A DNA stretch of 32,000 bases from Candidatus Heimdallarchaeota archaeon (GCA_030668875.1 DAOVER010000031.1:1-32000), one strand, 5' to 3'; shown: positions 9,240 through 18,288, counted from the first letter of the stretch. Numbers and translations are program-made. Notes: generated by a model not told the origin, from the sequence alone.

Positions 9240-9884
9240 CTAATTTAGAAGATCTAAAAACTCCTTAACTGAATGTAAAACATCTTTTGATTGCGTTATT
9301 GCCCTACCGATAACAATAATGTCTGCTCCATTACTGAGAGCTTTTGAGCTAGTCTTAAGATTTAATCCTCCAGCTACAGCAACAAGAGCTTTCTCATATT
9401 TACTCTTAATTTCTGCGATAATTTTCCAAGGATGTTCTCTATTTCCTTCTTGATCAATTCCTCTATGAAATAAGATTATTTCAGGTATTCTTGATAGCTT
9501 CTCTAACAACTGAACTGGATTTTCAACATTCATCAAATCTAGAATGATATCTATATTCATTGATTTTCCAGCTCTTAAAGAAGACTCAATTGTCTCTATA
9601 GAAGCCAATCCGCTAATAGCAACAGCGTTTGCTTTTTGAGTTTCTGCAATGAATACTTCAATTTCACCAACATCTAAAGTTTTCATATCAGCAATAATAT
9701 ATGTTTTAGGGTGATATTTTTTTAACTTCTTGACAATAGATATTCCTAAGCTTTTTATCAAAGGAGTACCTGCTTCTAAAAGGATGGATGTTGATTGAGG
9801 AATTTCAGATACTATCCTGTCAACATCTCTTTCATAAATTAAATCTAGTGCTATTTGTAGATAAGGGGGAGAACTTAATTGCAT
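9240..9884 (-). CDS. hps: 3-hexulose-6-phosphate synthase-like (OMPDC/HPS family), resembling the HPS domain of archaeal Fae-Hps
   Basis: YLQIALD, LEAGTPLIK, ADMKTLDVG, FHRGID, VAGG, IGRAIT. Confidence 0.8.
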   Translation of the reverse strand: MQLSSPPYLQIALDLIYERDVDRIVSEIPQSTSILLEAGTPLIKSLGISIVKKLKKYHPKTYIIADMKTLDVGEIEVFIAETQKANAVAISGLASIETIESSLRAGKSMNIDIILDLMNVENPVQLLEKLSRIPEIILFHRGIDQEGNREHPWKIIAEIKSKYEKALVAVAGGLNLKTSSKALSNGADIIVIGRAITQSKDVLHSVKEFLDLLN

Positions 9885-11243
9885 TTATACACCTATTAGA
9901 CGTGTTGGTGTATTCTCATTAATTAAGTTAGGTTTTGCTACATCTTTAACATATTCCACAATGAATTTTTGATTTCTCTTATCACCATGAACAAGAAAGA
10001 TGTTTTTAGCCCCAGAATCACCCATAATCTGCTTCAAACCGTCAACTGAAGTATGCCCAGAATAGGGGAATTTCATGATTTTAAGATTAAGATCAACATC
10101 CTTTTTCCTTCCATAATCCTCGAACAATGTTACATTTGTTGCACCATCATAGATTTTCCGACCTGTTGTTCCCTCAACTTGATAGCCAGAGAAACCCATA
10201 ACATTATTTTCATTAGATCCAAGTAAATCTAGATATGTATGAATTGGACCTCCTTCAATCATTCCTGAAGTTGTTACAATTATAGAGCCCTCATTACTTC
10301 CCGCAAGATATTTCCTTGACTGATGAGTTCGTTCTGATATTGATTTTACAGGAATCATATTCTGTTTTTCAAAGGGGCTGTTTAATCCAGCGTCTTTAAG
10401 GTTCTCTAAGAATCCTCTTGACACCCATTTTTCGCTAAGAAAGTGCTCAGTAATCATATTCATTGTAACTATCATTCCATCAATATAGATGGGGATGTCG
10501 TCTAAATCTTTATCTAAAGCAAGTGTTATCAGTGTTTCTTGTGATCTACCAACAGCAAAAGATGGCAAAAGCATCTTATTACCTTGTTCTGCTACTTGCT
10601 TTGCAAGTAACCTTAATCCAACATCTATTTTCTTTCTTTCAGGAACATATCTGTCTCCATTAGTTGATTCAGTTATAAGAACATCTACTTTTTCGTTTGG
10701 CAAGTCATAACCATCGAACATGGGAGTAACACGGTCATTAATATCACCTGTATACAAGATAAGTTGTCCTTCCCAGTCTAATAATATTTGAGCTGCTCCA
10801 AGAATATGGCCAGCATGGATAAATTCAGCTGTGATTCCATCAGCAACCTTGAATTTGTTATTATACTCTTTTGTACTAATTTTATGAAAAACTCTATCTA
10901 AATCGGATTCAGACCAGTGTCTTCTTCCTTCAATCTTCAAATGATCTAACCACAACCTGTAAGATATGTCTTTTGTGGGTTGTGTCATGTAATAATTCCC
11001 TCTATATCCCTCCTTTGATAATCTGGGTGTATATCCAGAATGATCAATGTGTGCATGACTGATGAGCACAGAATCTAGTTCTTTTGCAATATCGTGAACT
11101 CCTACTGGAGCTTTAGTTTTTTGTTTTGGTACGAGTTCTAAACCACAGTCTAAAAGTATTTTATGATCTCTATCGTGTATAAGAAAAGAACTTCTTCCTA
11201 CAAAGTCTGTGGCACCGTACGCTGTTATATTTATATCGTTCAT
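9885..11243 (-). CDS. MBL-fold beta-CASP ribonuclease without N-terminal KH domains (aCPSF2/aCPSF1b-like)
   Basis: LDCG, SHAHIDH, AGHILG, YTGD, FAVGRSQE, TSGM, GYQVEGT, YSGH, VHG. Confidence 0.88.
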   Translation of the reverse strand: MNDINITAYGATDFVGRSSFLIHDRDHKILLDCGLELVPKQKTKAPVGVHDIAKELDSVLISHAHIDHSGYTPRLSKEGYRGNYYMTQPTKDISYRLWLDHLKIEGRRHWSESDLDRVFHKISTKEYNNKFKVADGITAEFIHAGHILGAAQILLDWEGQLILYTGDINDRVTPMFDGYDLPNEKVDVLITESTNGDRYVPERKKIDVGLRLLAKQVAEQGNKMLLPSFAVGRSQETLITLALDKDLDDIPIYIDGMIVTMNMITEHFLSEKWVSRGFLENLKDAGLNSPFEKQNMIPVKSISERTHQSRKYLAGSNEGSIIVTTSGMIEGGPIHTYLDLLGSNENNVMGFSGYQVEGTTGRKIYDGATNVTLFEDYGRKKDVDLNLKIMKFPYSGHTSVDGLKQIMGDSGAKNIFLVHGDKRNQKFIVEYVKDVAKPNLINENTPTRLIGV

Positions 11244-11371
11244 TGTTTCACCGTTGTAAATATGTAGTAAAAATTGGTGTATTTTAAGTCATCAATTGTT
11301 TCTATTGATAAAGCTCTGTTGTTGATGTTTTATAAGGTTTTATTTCTACCTAACTAAGTTCAATTCAATTT

Positions 11372-11387
11372 GAATAATCTTTTATAT
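11372..11387 (+). promoter_or_regulatory. BRE/TATA box for the Vps22/36-like gene
   Basis: GAATAATCTTTTATAT ending 28 nt before ATG 11416. Confidence 0.5.
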
Positions 11388-11415
11388 TATAATAGCAAGT
11401 TTTTACTTGATAATA

Positions 11416-12150
11416 ATGGCCGATGAAAAAGATAAAGAAAATCGGAAAAAAAAACCAGAATTTCGATCTCAACTTTCTGATGCTTACAAATCTATGGACG
11501 ATGATCTTGTTAAAACTCAAAAAGATGACAAAGAGTCCAAACAAGAAGTACTTGTTAAGGGGATAGAGAAGATTGAAAAGAAAAATTTCAAGGAGTTATT
11601 AGCATCTAGGATGCTTGTAAACAAAGTTCTAGAAATCAGAAAGAAAGCTGGGATGTCTCAAACCATAGGTACAGCTGGCAAAGTTAAAACGCCTATAATT
11701 TTCGGTAAAGACGAATTCAAACAGAAACTAGCAAGAGAGTTATTAATCATAGGTAATGAAGAATTGGAGGACATTGGAGGAGCTATCACAATTGCTAACC
11801 TCATCGACTATTTCAAGGAAACAAGAGTTAACTGGAAAGTAAATGTTGGAGATATTCTAGATGTATTAAAGAAATTAGAAGAAAAAGAAATCATTCCTCC
11901 AAGAGTAGATATCGGAGAGGAAGATGTTTTGATTAGATTCAAACCAATTGAGATGTCAACAGATTTTCAAAACGTACTGCGATTAGCAACAGGTCTACCA
12001 TCTTTGTCAGTTGCAAAGGTTTCTTCACATCTAGATTGGTCAGTTGAGAGAGCACAAAGCACTTTGACTACAATGATGAAATACGATTTAGCCATCTTAG
12101 ATGAAGGTTCAGGAGAATATTACTTTCCAGGCTTAAGTGGTTTGAACTAA
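11416..12150 (+). CDS. ESCRT-II Vps22/Vps36-like (EAP30 domain) tandem winged-helix protein
   Basis: The C-terminal 140 aa align by eye with recalled human Vps22/SNF8: GGAITIANL~GGLITLEEL, DILDVLKKL~DLIRAIKKL, PIEMSTDFQNVLRLA~PAELNMDHTVVLQLA, HLDWSVERAQSTL~SLKWETERARQVL, LAILD..EYYFPGL~LAWLD..HYWLPAL. Confidence 0.8.
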   Translation: MADEKDKENRKKKPEFRSQLSDAYKSMDDDLVKTQKDDKESKQEVLVKGIEKIEKKNFKELLASRMLVNKVLEIRKKAGMSQTIGTAGKVKTPIIFGKDEFKQKLARELLIIGNEELEDIGGAITIANLIDYFKETRVNWKVNVGDILDVLKKLEEKEIIPPRVDIGEEDVLIRFKPIEMSTDFQNVLRLATGLPSLSVAKVSSHLDWSVERAQSTLTTMMKYDLAILDEGSGEYYFPGLSGLN

Positions 12151-12218
12151 AACCACAATTAACATTTCTTTTGTTTAATTAAGCATAGCGTTGTTTAAGA
12201 GGCGCTTTTTGCATTTTA

Positions 12219-12233
12219 CGAAGAATTTATAAA
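12219..12233 (+). promoter_or_regulatory. Candidate BRE/TATA box with no protein-coding gene downstream
   Basis: CGAAGAA-TTTATAAA, positioned so that +1 falls at about 12254-12257. Confidence 0.45.
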
Positions 12234-12253
12234 CTTACAAGAGAGTGTATTTT

Positions 12254-12305
12254 GGCGAGAGCAAAAAAATCTTTTATTTGCTCTCGCCCTCCCTCCCTCA
12301 TTTTT
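12254..12305 (+). ncRNA. Candidate small RNA or bidirectional terminator hairpin
   Basis: Perfect 12-bp inverted repeat ggcgagagcaaa/tttgctctcgcc (12254-12288), then ctccctccctca and ttttt, between convergent genes. The hairpin is certain; that it is an ncRNA is inference. Confidence 0.4.
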
Positions 12306-12357
12306 GACTAATTCTTAAGATAGAAGGGTTGAAGGCAGGTTTTCTGATGATTTGTGT

Positions 12358-13194
12358 TTATTTTAAATTGATTTTCCTATACCAATGTTTCTTCTTTTCT
12401 CGTTGTTTTTCTTCATCCATTTCAGATAGTACTTTCACCGCGTAACTTGCTGCTTTAATCGCCTCTTTTTCTCCTTTTACACCAAATTCATTAGTAACTC
12501 TGTTTGCATAAACTGTACAAATTGCTCCCGCTCTTGCATTGAAAAGCTGACTTAAAGTAAAGATATGAGAGGCTTCCATCTCAAAATTCAGAACACCCAT
12601 TTTCTGAAGATCTGGGACAATAGTATCTGTTTTATTGATTTTATAATCGCTATAACCAGGACGGCCTTGTCCTAGATAAAAACTTGATGTTGATGCAGCT
12701 ATTCCAAGATGATACGTATATCCTAAATCCTCACAAGCTTCAATTAGAGCAAGAACAATTTCATAATTTGCCATTGCTGGATAATTTGCATGGACATAAA
12801 AGGAACTAGATCCTTCCATTTTTACAGCTCCTGTATTAATTATCATATCGCCTAATTCAATTCCATCTTGAATAGCTCCACAAGAGCCAACGCGGATAAA
12901 TGTGTCACAACCAATATTGAGTAGTTCTGTTACAGCTATTTCACACGCAGGTGTGCCTATTCCAGTTGATGTAACACTTATCGGTGCGCCTTTAATCTTC
13001 CCCGTATATGAATTAAATTGACGATGAGCTGCTACTAGTTTATGTTCATCCCATGTTTCTGCTATTCTTTTAGCTCGATCAGGATCACCTGGTAACAACA
13101 CAGGTCCTAGTAAATCACCCGGTTTACATTCTATATGATATTGTGTTCCCTCTTCAAAAACAGGTTTATCAGCTCTAACTTTCTTCTCTTCCAT
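12358..13194 (-). CDS. udp: Uridine phosphorylase (PNP/UDP family 1)
   Basis: LLPGDPDRA, STGIG, IRVGSCGA, NFEMEAS, RAGAIC. Confidence 0.88.
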   Translation of the reverse strand: MEEKKVRADKPVFEEGTQYHIECKPGDLLGPVLLPGDPDRAKRIAETWDEHKLVAAHRQFNSYTGKIKGAPISVTSTGIGTPACEIAVTELLNIGCDTFIRVGSCGAIQDGIELGDMIINTGAVKMEGSSSFYVHANYPAMANYEIVLALIEACEDLGYTYHLGIAASTSSFYLGQGRPGYSDYKINKTDTIVPDLQKMGVLNFEMEASHIFTLSQLFNARAGAICTVYANRVTNEFGVKGEKEAIKAASYAVKVLSEMDEEKQREKKKHWYRKINLK

Positions 13195-13241
13195 AGATTA
13201 TAGAGATATTACAAAAATAAAAAGATTTCACCTATCTATTT

Positions 13242-13982
13242 TTAGTATATTAGTTGTTTTTTTCTGCGTTTCTCAAGCTTGTTCACTAAAGGAATTATTA
13301 CCATAATTCCAGCAGTCACGTAGTAAATTAAGCATGATTTGAAAAGCGACACTCGACCCCATCCCTCAGTAATAGTATCATAAGTAACAAAGGTTTCATT
13401 TTCAAAAACTTGCATAGTAACAGCATTTGAAATAACATCTTGACCAAATGTCAAATCAAATTTTAACCACATTCTATATTCTCCCAAAGGCAATCTTGTC
13501 AGATTTGGTTCATTAAATAACATAGAATAGAAAGCAAAATCTAAGTTTATACCTGGTTTAATAACCTCTGTACCAACAGCTGGTAAAACTGTTGGACCAA
13601 ACAGATAGATATATTCATCATCACTTTGTTCAAAAATATCATCTACAACAACGTGGGAATTATAACCGGACAAATTGGTAAATGTTACATCTATACATGG
13701 ATAAAAAGTAAAAGAATAATTAGGAGTTCTTTCATATCTTGTTAAAACTGATGGGTTCCATATCTCTAGTGTTAATCTAAATCCAATATGTGTCTTCTCA
13801 TAACCAGGATCAGATAAAACTTCAGCTGGAAATGTTACTGAACTTATTCGAGCTTGTAATCTTCCATCCAATATGAGCCACGTGCCGATAGATAGCATTG
13901 TGACTATAATAGCAATATATGTTATTCTTTTTGCTCTTCTTAATCTTTTATAAGATTTATCGAGAACCTCAAATAAAGTCAT
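13242..13982 (-). CDS. Hypothetical membrane protein (N- and C-terminal TM helices, soluble beta-rich middle)
   Basis: 246-aa ORF 8 nt after the HMG-CoA reductase stop, preceded by SD-like GAGGGTGA; no family recognised. Confidence 0.7.
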   Translation of the reverse strand: MTLFEVLDKSYKRLRRAKRITYIAIIVTMLSIGTWLILDGRLQARISSVTFPAEVLSDPGYEKTHIGFRLTLEIWNPSVLTRYERTPNYSFTFYPCIDVTFTNLSGYNSHVVVDDIFEQSDDEYIYLFGPTVLPAVGTEVIKPGINLDFAFYSMLFNEPNLTRLPLGEYRMWLKFDLTFGQDVISNAVTMQVFENETFVTYDTITEGWGRVSLFKSCLIYYVTAGIMVIIPLVNKLEKRRKKQLIY

Positions 13983-13990
13983 TTACATTT

Positions 13991-15262
13991 TCACCCTCTG
14001 TCAGTTCTTTCATTTTCAAGTATTTGTTTAGCTTTGTCATAGGTTACTGTTCCTCCCTCGATCAGCTTTTTAGCTACACTTTCTATTTCTTTTCCTTCCG
14101 CTCCGGCTGTCACAGCTATATTTCGTGCATGTAAAGTCATATGTCCTTTTTGTATGCCTTCAGAGACAAGAGCTCTTAAAGCGGCTAAATTCTGTGCCAA
14201 GCCAACAGCTGCGACAACGTTGGCGAATTCTTCAGAACTAGAAACACCTAGGATTTTTAAGGCAAGTTTGTAAGTTGGATGAACATTAATAGCTCCTCCT
14301 AGAATACCTAGAGATAATGGAATTTCCATAGAGCCAATTAAATCACCTTCAGCATTTTTCTCGTATTTTGAAAGAGATTTATAGATTCCGTCTTTAGCAG
14401 CATAAGAGTGAGCACCAGCTTCTATTGCCCTTGTATCATTACCTGTTGCATGTAAAACAGCTACAATACCATTCATAATTCCTTTATTATGAGTTGTGCA
14501 TCGATAGATATCATTATCAGCTAAATCGTAAGCATATAGAATGTTATTTACAACTTCTTCTCCACCCAAGGATTCTTTACTAAAAACAGCTGTTACTTTG
14601 ACAGTCCTTTTTGTAGCATGATTCGAGATGATTCTTAACAAAACTCTACCTTCAGTCAATTCTTCTACTTTTAACTTCAGAGCTTCCAACATAGTATTTA
14701 CTGCGTTAGCTCCCATTGCATCCTTAACATCTACAATTAAATGGATAAGCAAATAAGAATCTAGATTTCCTTTAATTGTTTTTAATTCTATATCTTTAGC
14801 TCCCCCTCCTAATTTAATTAAAATTTCATTTGTTGAGTTCGCAATATCAAGGAGTTCTGACTTGTATGCTATTAAACGCTGTTTTGATAACTCAATATCT
14901 TTCACATCACAAACCTGTAATTGTCCAATTGTGAAAGAACCTGAATATTCAGCATTAAAACCACCTTTCTTCCGAGCTATCTTTGCGGCATGACTTGCAG
15001 CTGCAACCACAGAAGATTCTTCTACAACCATAGGAACTAAGTAATCTTTTCCATTAACGATGAAATTTGTAGCTATTCCTAGTGGCAAGCAGACCATCCC
15101 TACAACATTTTCTATCATGATTTCAAATATCTCTTCAGCTGATTCTTTTCCTTGTAAAATAGAGATATCATGCTCTGAAAGAGATAGTATATCTGTAATT
15201 ATTTTTCTTCTCTCTTCAATTGTTTTGTTATAGAAGTCGGGAATTCTAGAACTGAGAGGCAT
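13991..15262 (-). CDS. mvaA: HMG-CoA reductase, class II
   Basis: ENVVG, EESSVVAA, DAMGAN, THNKGIMNG, GNDTRAIEAGAH, QNLAALRAL..EGIQKGHM. Confidence 0.95.
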   Translation of the reverse strand: MPLSSRIPDFYNKTIEERRKIITDILSLSEHDISILQGKESAEEIFEIMIENVVGMVCLPLGIATNFIVNGKDYLVPMVVEESSVVAAASHAAKIARKKGGFNAEYSGSFTIGQLQVCDVKDIELSKQRLIAYKSELLDIANSTNEILIKLGGGAKDIELKTIKGNLDSYLLIHLIVDVKDAMGANAVNTMLEALKLKVEELTEGRVLLRIISNHATKRTVKVTAVFSKESLGGEEVVNNILYAYDLADNDIYRCTTHNKGIMNGIVAVLHATGNDTRAIEAGAHSYAAKDGIYKSLSKYEKNAEGDLIGSMEIPLSLGILGGAINVHPTYKLALKILGVSSSEEFANVVAAVGLAQNLAALRALVSEGIQKGHMTLHARNIAVTAGAEGKEIESVAKKLIEGGTVTYDKAKQILENERTDRG

Positions 15263-15308
15263 ATATAAAATAGAAAAATGGAGGTTAAAAAGTTTATTCG
15301 AAATAAAC

Positions 15309-15527
15309 TTACAATTCTTCTAAAACTTGGATTTTTTGATCCTTGAATTGTCTCATAATGCGGGTAACATATCCAGCGATTTGATTTCGCATTTTCTTTG
15401 ACATAGGAGTACAGACTTCTTCTACAACGTGTTTATTGTTTTGAAATTCTGTATTTAGTTGATCATGAAAATCTCTTACAATTTGTTTGGATAAGCGTTT
15501 TACTTGACTAGTTCGAATATTACCCAT
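15309..15527 (-). CDS. rps17e: 30S ribosomal protein S17e
   Basis: MGNIRTSQVKR...FQNNK...SKKMRNQIAGYVT. Confidence 0.95.
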   Translation of the reverse strand: MGNIRTSQVKRLSKQIVRDFHDQLNTEFQNNKHVVEEVCTPMSKKMRNQIAGYVTRIMRQFKDQKIQVLEEL

Positions 15528-15603
15528 CTATTTCACTAATGTGAGCATTTGGCTATTCATTTTAAATCTTACGTTAAGCGATTGAAAAAGAAGAAGAAAA
15601 AAT

Positions 15604-16323
15604 TTAGAAATAGAACTGTTCTTCAGAGTAGACTTTGACCCCAGTAGATGTTATTTCAAAAGGCCTTTCAACCATTTCGTGTTTTAGACCTCTCATTTTC
15701 CGGATGTTTAAACTTCGAGTTGCTACATTGTTTTGAAATTCATAATTGAGAACAATTACACCTTGAGACATAAACTCCTCTACACCAAAACGTGATACAA
15801 CTCCTCCTCGCATTTCACTTGTTAGGATAGTTGTACACTCTAACGAAGACATAACAGCACTCAGTTTCAGTATTTGCTTTCTTATTTGTTGCTCCGACTC
15901 CATGGATAATGCTAAAGCTGTGATACTATCGATAACAACTCTTTCTGCTGAAGTTTTATCGATAATTTCTACTAACTGTGTAATAAGCTCGTCAACGTCA
16001 ACAGGTGTTTGATATTTCTCACTAGAACTTACACCTGCTCTAGGACTAAAACCATCTATCAATACCAATAAATTATCTTTTTCTAGTTCGCTCAAATTCC
16101 AACCAAAATTCTTACATTCCTCTCTTACATGTGCTGGGTGCTCATCAAAAGAGATGAAAATACCACTTTCTCCTCCAGCTACAATACCATGATATAGAAA
16201 TTGAAGTCCAAAAGTAGATTTACCAGCTCCAGCCGGTCCAGATACAAGAATTGTTCTTCCTTTAGGAATGCCTCCAGATAATATATTATCGAGACCAACA
16301 ATTCCAGTTTCTACGAGTTCCAT
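15604..16323 (-). CDS. Single-domain KaiC-like (RecA-superfamily) ATPase
   Basis: TGIVGLDNILSGGIP, Walker A GPAGAGKS, Walker B VVIDS, SRFGVEEF, IRKMRG. Confidence 0.9.
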   Translation of the reverse strand: MELVETGIVGLDNILSGGIPKGRTILVSGPAGAGKSTFGLQFLYHGIVAGGESGIFISFDEHPAHVREECKNFGWNLSELEKDNLLVLIDGFSPRAGVSSSEKYQTPVDVDELITQLVEIIDKTSAERVVIDSITALALSMESEQQIRKQILKLSAVMSSLECTTILTSEMRGGVVSRFGVEEFMSQGVIVLNYEFQNNVATRSLNIRKMRGLKHEMVERPFEITSTGVKVYSEEQFYF

Positions 16324-16345
16324 GATAAGATTTTGCTAATTTACC

Positions 16346-16360
16346 ATTAAAAACTTTTCC
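16346..16360 (-). promoter_or_regulatory. BRE/TATA box for KaiC-like gene
   Basis: Minus strand GGAAAAG-TTTTTAAT, 22 nt upstream of ATG 16323. Confidence 0.5.
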
Positions 16361-16473
16361 AGTTCTTCAAACTTATTTGAGTGGGATGCAGAGATAGAAG
16401 AAAGAAGAAAAATAGAAATAGGGTAAAAAAACCACAAAATGCACAAGAAATTCACAATTAAATTTCGTAAGTA

Positions 16474-18288
16474 TTAACTATTTTCTTGTGATTCCATGAT
16501 TGATAATTCCCATCCTCCAGGATTCCTAAACATTATTGTCTGTTCAGATAGAGGATCTATTTGCATTATTAGCTCTACATTATGTTGTTTGCGGAAATGA
16601 GATGAGGCTTTATACACTCTGAATTTACCTTCTAGTAGATGGAGCGAGGTTCCAAGAGAAGCTTTCGGAGTTAACTCATTCGTTTCATCTAATACAGCTA
16701 TTCTAGAGTTGATTTCCCAGTTCATCACACGTATAATTGGAATCATTTTGCCTTTTACTATCATATGGCTTTTTCCAATGCAATATAATGAGGATCTATA
16801 CTCTGTAGGCATGGAAGCTAATTCTTTGAAAGCTTTAACGAGATATTTATCAAGGTCTCTTGGTTTATATGTTAGGTCTAAGTTAATATTATAACTTGTT
16901 TTAATCTCAGGATATTTCTTTATGAAATCATTATACATCTTTTGAATATTTGCCTTGACTCTTTCTAAGCCTGCATAATATAACCAACTAAGGTATTCTA
17001 TGCTCGCAATACACATTCCTTTATTTTCACTGTTCAAAGAAAGATAAAATGTTTGTTCAAACATTAAGCTTGCTTTATCTAGATTTCCGAGTTGCATATA
17101 TTTGAAACCAAGTTGGTTAATGAATTCGATATTATCATAACCTTCAATTATTGAACGTTCCTCTACACTTTCTCGTTTCAAAATCACTGTAAGAAGGACT
17201 AATGCCCTAACTACATTGGATACATCAGATCGATTGCACTGATTACATGCTGCTTCGAAAGCTGGAGTAAAATATGAATTCAATCTCTGAATCTGTCCTG
17301 AAAGCAGAAGGATAATCATTCTTAAGAAATGTACATCCACACCATATTCTTCAGAGGCATTACTATTTTGAAATAGAATCATCATAAGCTTATCCATATA
17401 CACTCTAGCCAGATCTATCTTCTTGTTTTCAATCAAACAGATACAGGCTAAATATTGCAATCTACCCAATAACAGAAGTGATTCATTGTAAAGATTCTGA
17501 TCTTCTATTTTATCGACAGCTAATTTCCAATCCACCAAATGGTCTGTAATTTCTCTGACTCTTGTCAATAATTCATCTTCAAGTTCAACATACTGTCCTT
17601 GTAAGAAATCCTCTTCTAGATGAAGCATATCCCTACCAATTTCCACAAGTAACTCTTGTAGTTGTATTGATTCCAGAGAAAAACCATCGCTCTCTTTGAG
17701 TTGAGCAGCTGCTTGCTGAGTTAATTTTTCTTCATACTCGGTACGAATTACTGAGATTGCAGAGTCAAGAATTTTCTTAATTCGTTTTACTGGATCATAT
17801 CTATTTGTGCTTTCTACAGAATATCTAATTTCAGCAGCAAACAACTTAGAATCTAGTTCCTTTAGAAATGATTCTATACTTATATCTTCATTCTCTTCAA
17901 TTAGTCGCTTGACAAAAGCGCTATTTGTTAGGGTTTTTATTCCAATCAATTCAGCTGTCTCAAGCAATTTCAGATCGCTACTAACAACTGTTGCATTCAA
18001 TTTTGAGGCCGCGTAAATAACAGAAAGATCAGGTTTTTGTGGAAGGCTAGTTGTTTGGTTATGAATTTTATCCATAAATTTCTGAAAATCCTTGTTGTTA
18101 ATTGGTTCCACTGTGATATAAGGTAAGATTTCACGTTGAAGGAAGAATCTCATTTCATTTTTAATATGATGTGTAATGAAAATATCAACTTTCAGTGATT
18201 CAAACAAAGTAGCAAATTTGCGAAATTTTGTAGGTTGTACCTGAAATCCACTGATAAAGAAGTTTGTATCTAAAACGTATTTCCCCAT
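16474..18288 (-). CDS. N-terminal PIN-domain nuclease fused to a long helical/TPR-like region
   Basis: YVLDTNF, KNEM, PDLSV and VSSD supply the four PIN acidic residues. FINQLGFKYMQLGNLDKASLMFEQ is TPR-like. Confidence 0.72.
   Translation of the reverse strand: MGKYVLDTNFFISGFQVQPTKFRKFATLFESLKVDIFITHHIKNEMRFFLQREILPYITVEPINNKDFQKFMDKIHNQTTSLPQKPDLSVIYAASKLNATVVSSDLKLLETAELIGIKTLTNSAFVKRLIEENEDISIESFLKELDSKLFAAEIRYSVESTNRYDPVKRIKKILDSAISVIRTEYEEKLTQQAAAQLKESDGFSLESIQLQELLVEIGRDMLHLEEDFLQGQYVELEDELLTRVREITDHLVDWKLAVDKIEDQNLYNESLLLLGRLQYLACICLIENKKIDLARVYMDKLMMILFQNSNASEEYGVDVHFLRMIILLLSGQIQRLNSYFTPAFEAACNQCNRSDVSNVVRALVLLTVILKRESVEERSIIEGYDNIEFINQLGFKYMQLGNLDKASLMFEQTFYLSLNSENKGMCIASIEYLSWLYYAGLERVKANIQKMYNDFIKKYPEIKTSYNINLDLTYKPRDLDKYLVKAFKELASMPTEYRSSLYCIGKSHMIVKGKMIPIIRVMNWEINSRIAVLDETNELTPKASLGTSLHLLEGKFRVYKASSHFRKQHNVELIMQIDPLSEQTIMFRNPGGWELSIMESQENS

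Noticed and set aside
9231-9250. ttctaa/ttagaa hairpin between convergent permease and HPS genes
   Set aside because: A 6-bp AT-rich stem overlapping both stop codons; too weak to call a terminator.
12254-12305. tRNA or rRNA fragment
   Set aside because: A single stem only; no cloverleaf, TTC(G/A)A loop or CCA end.
15604-16323. Circadian clock kaiC
   Set aside because: Single domain with no kaiA/kaiB nearby; matches the widespread archaeal KaiC-like ATPases.
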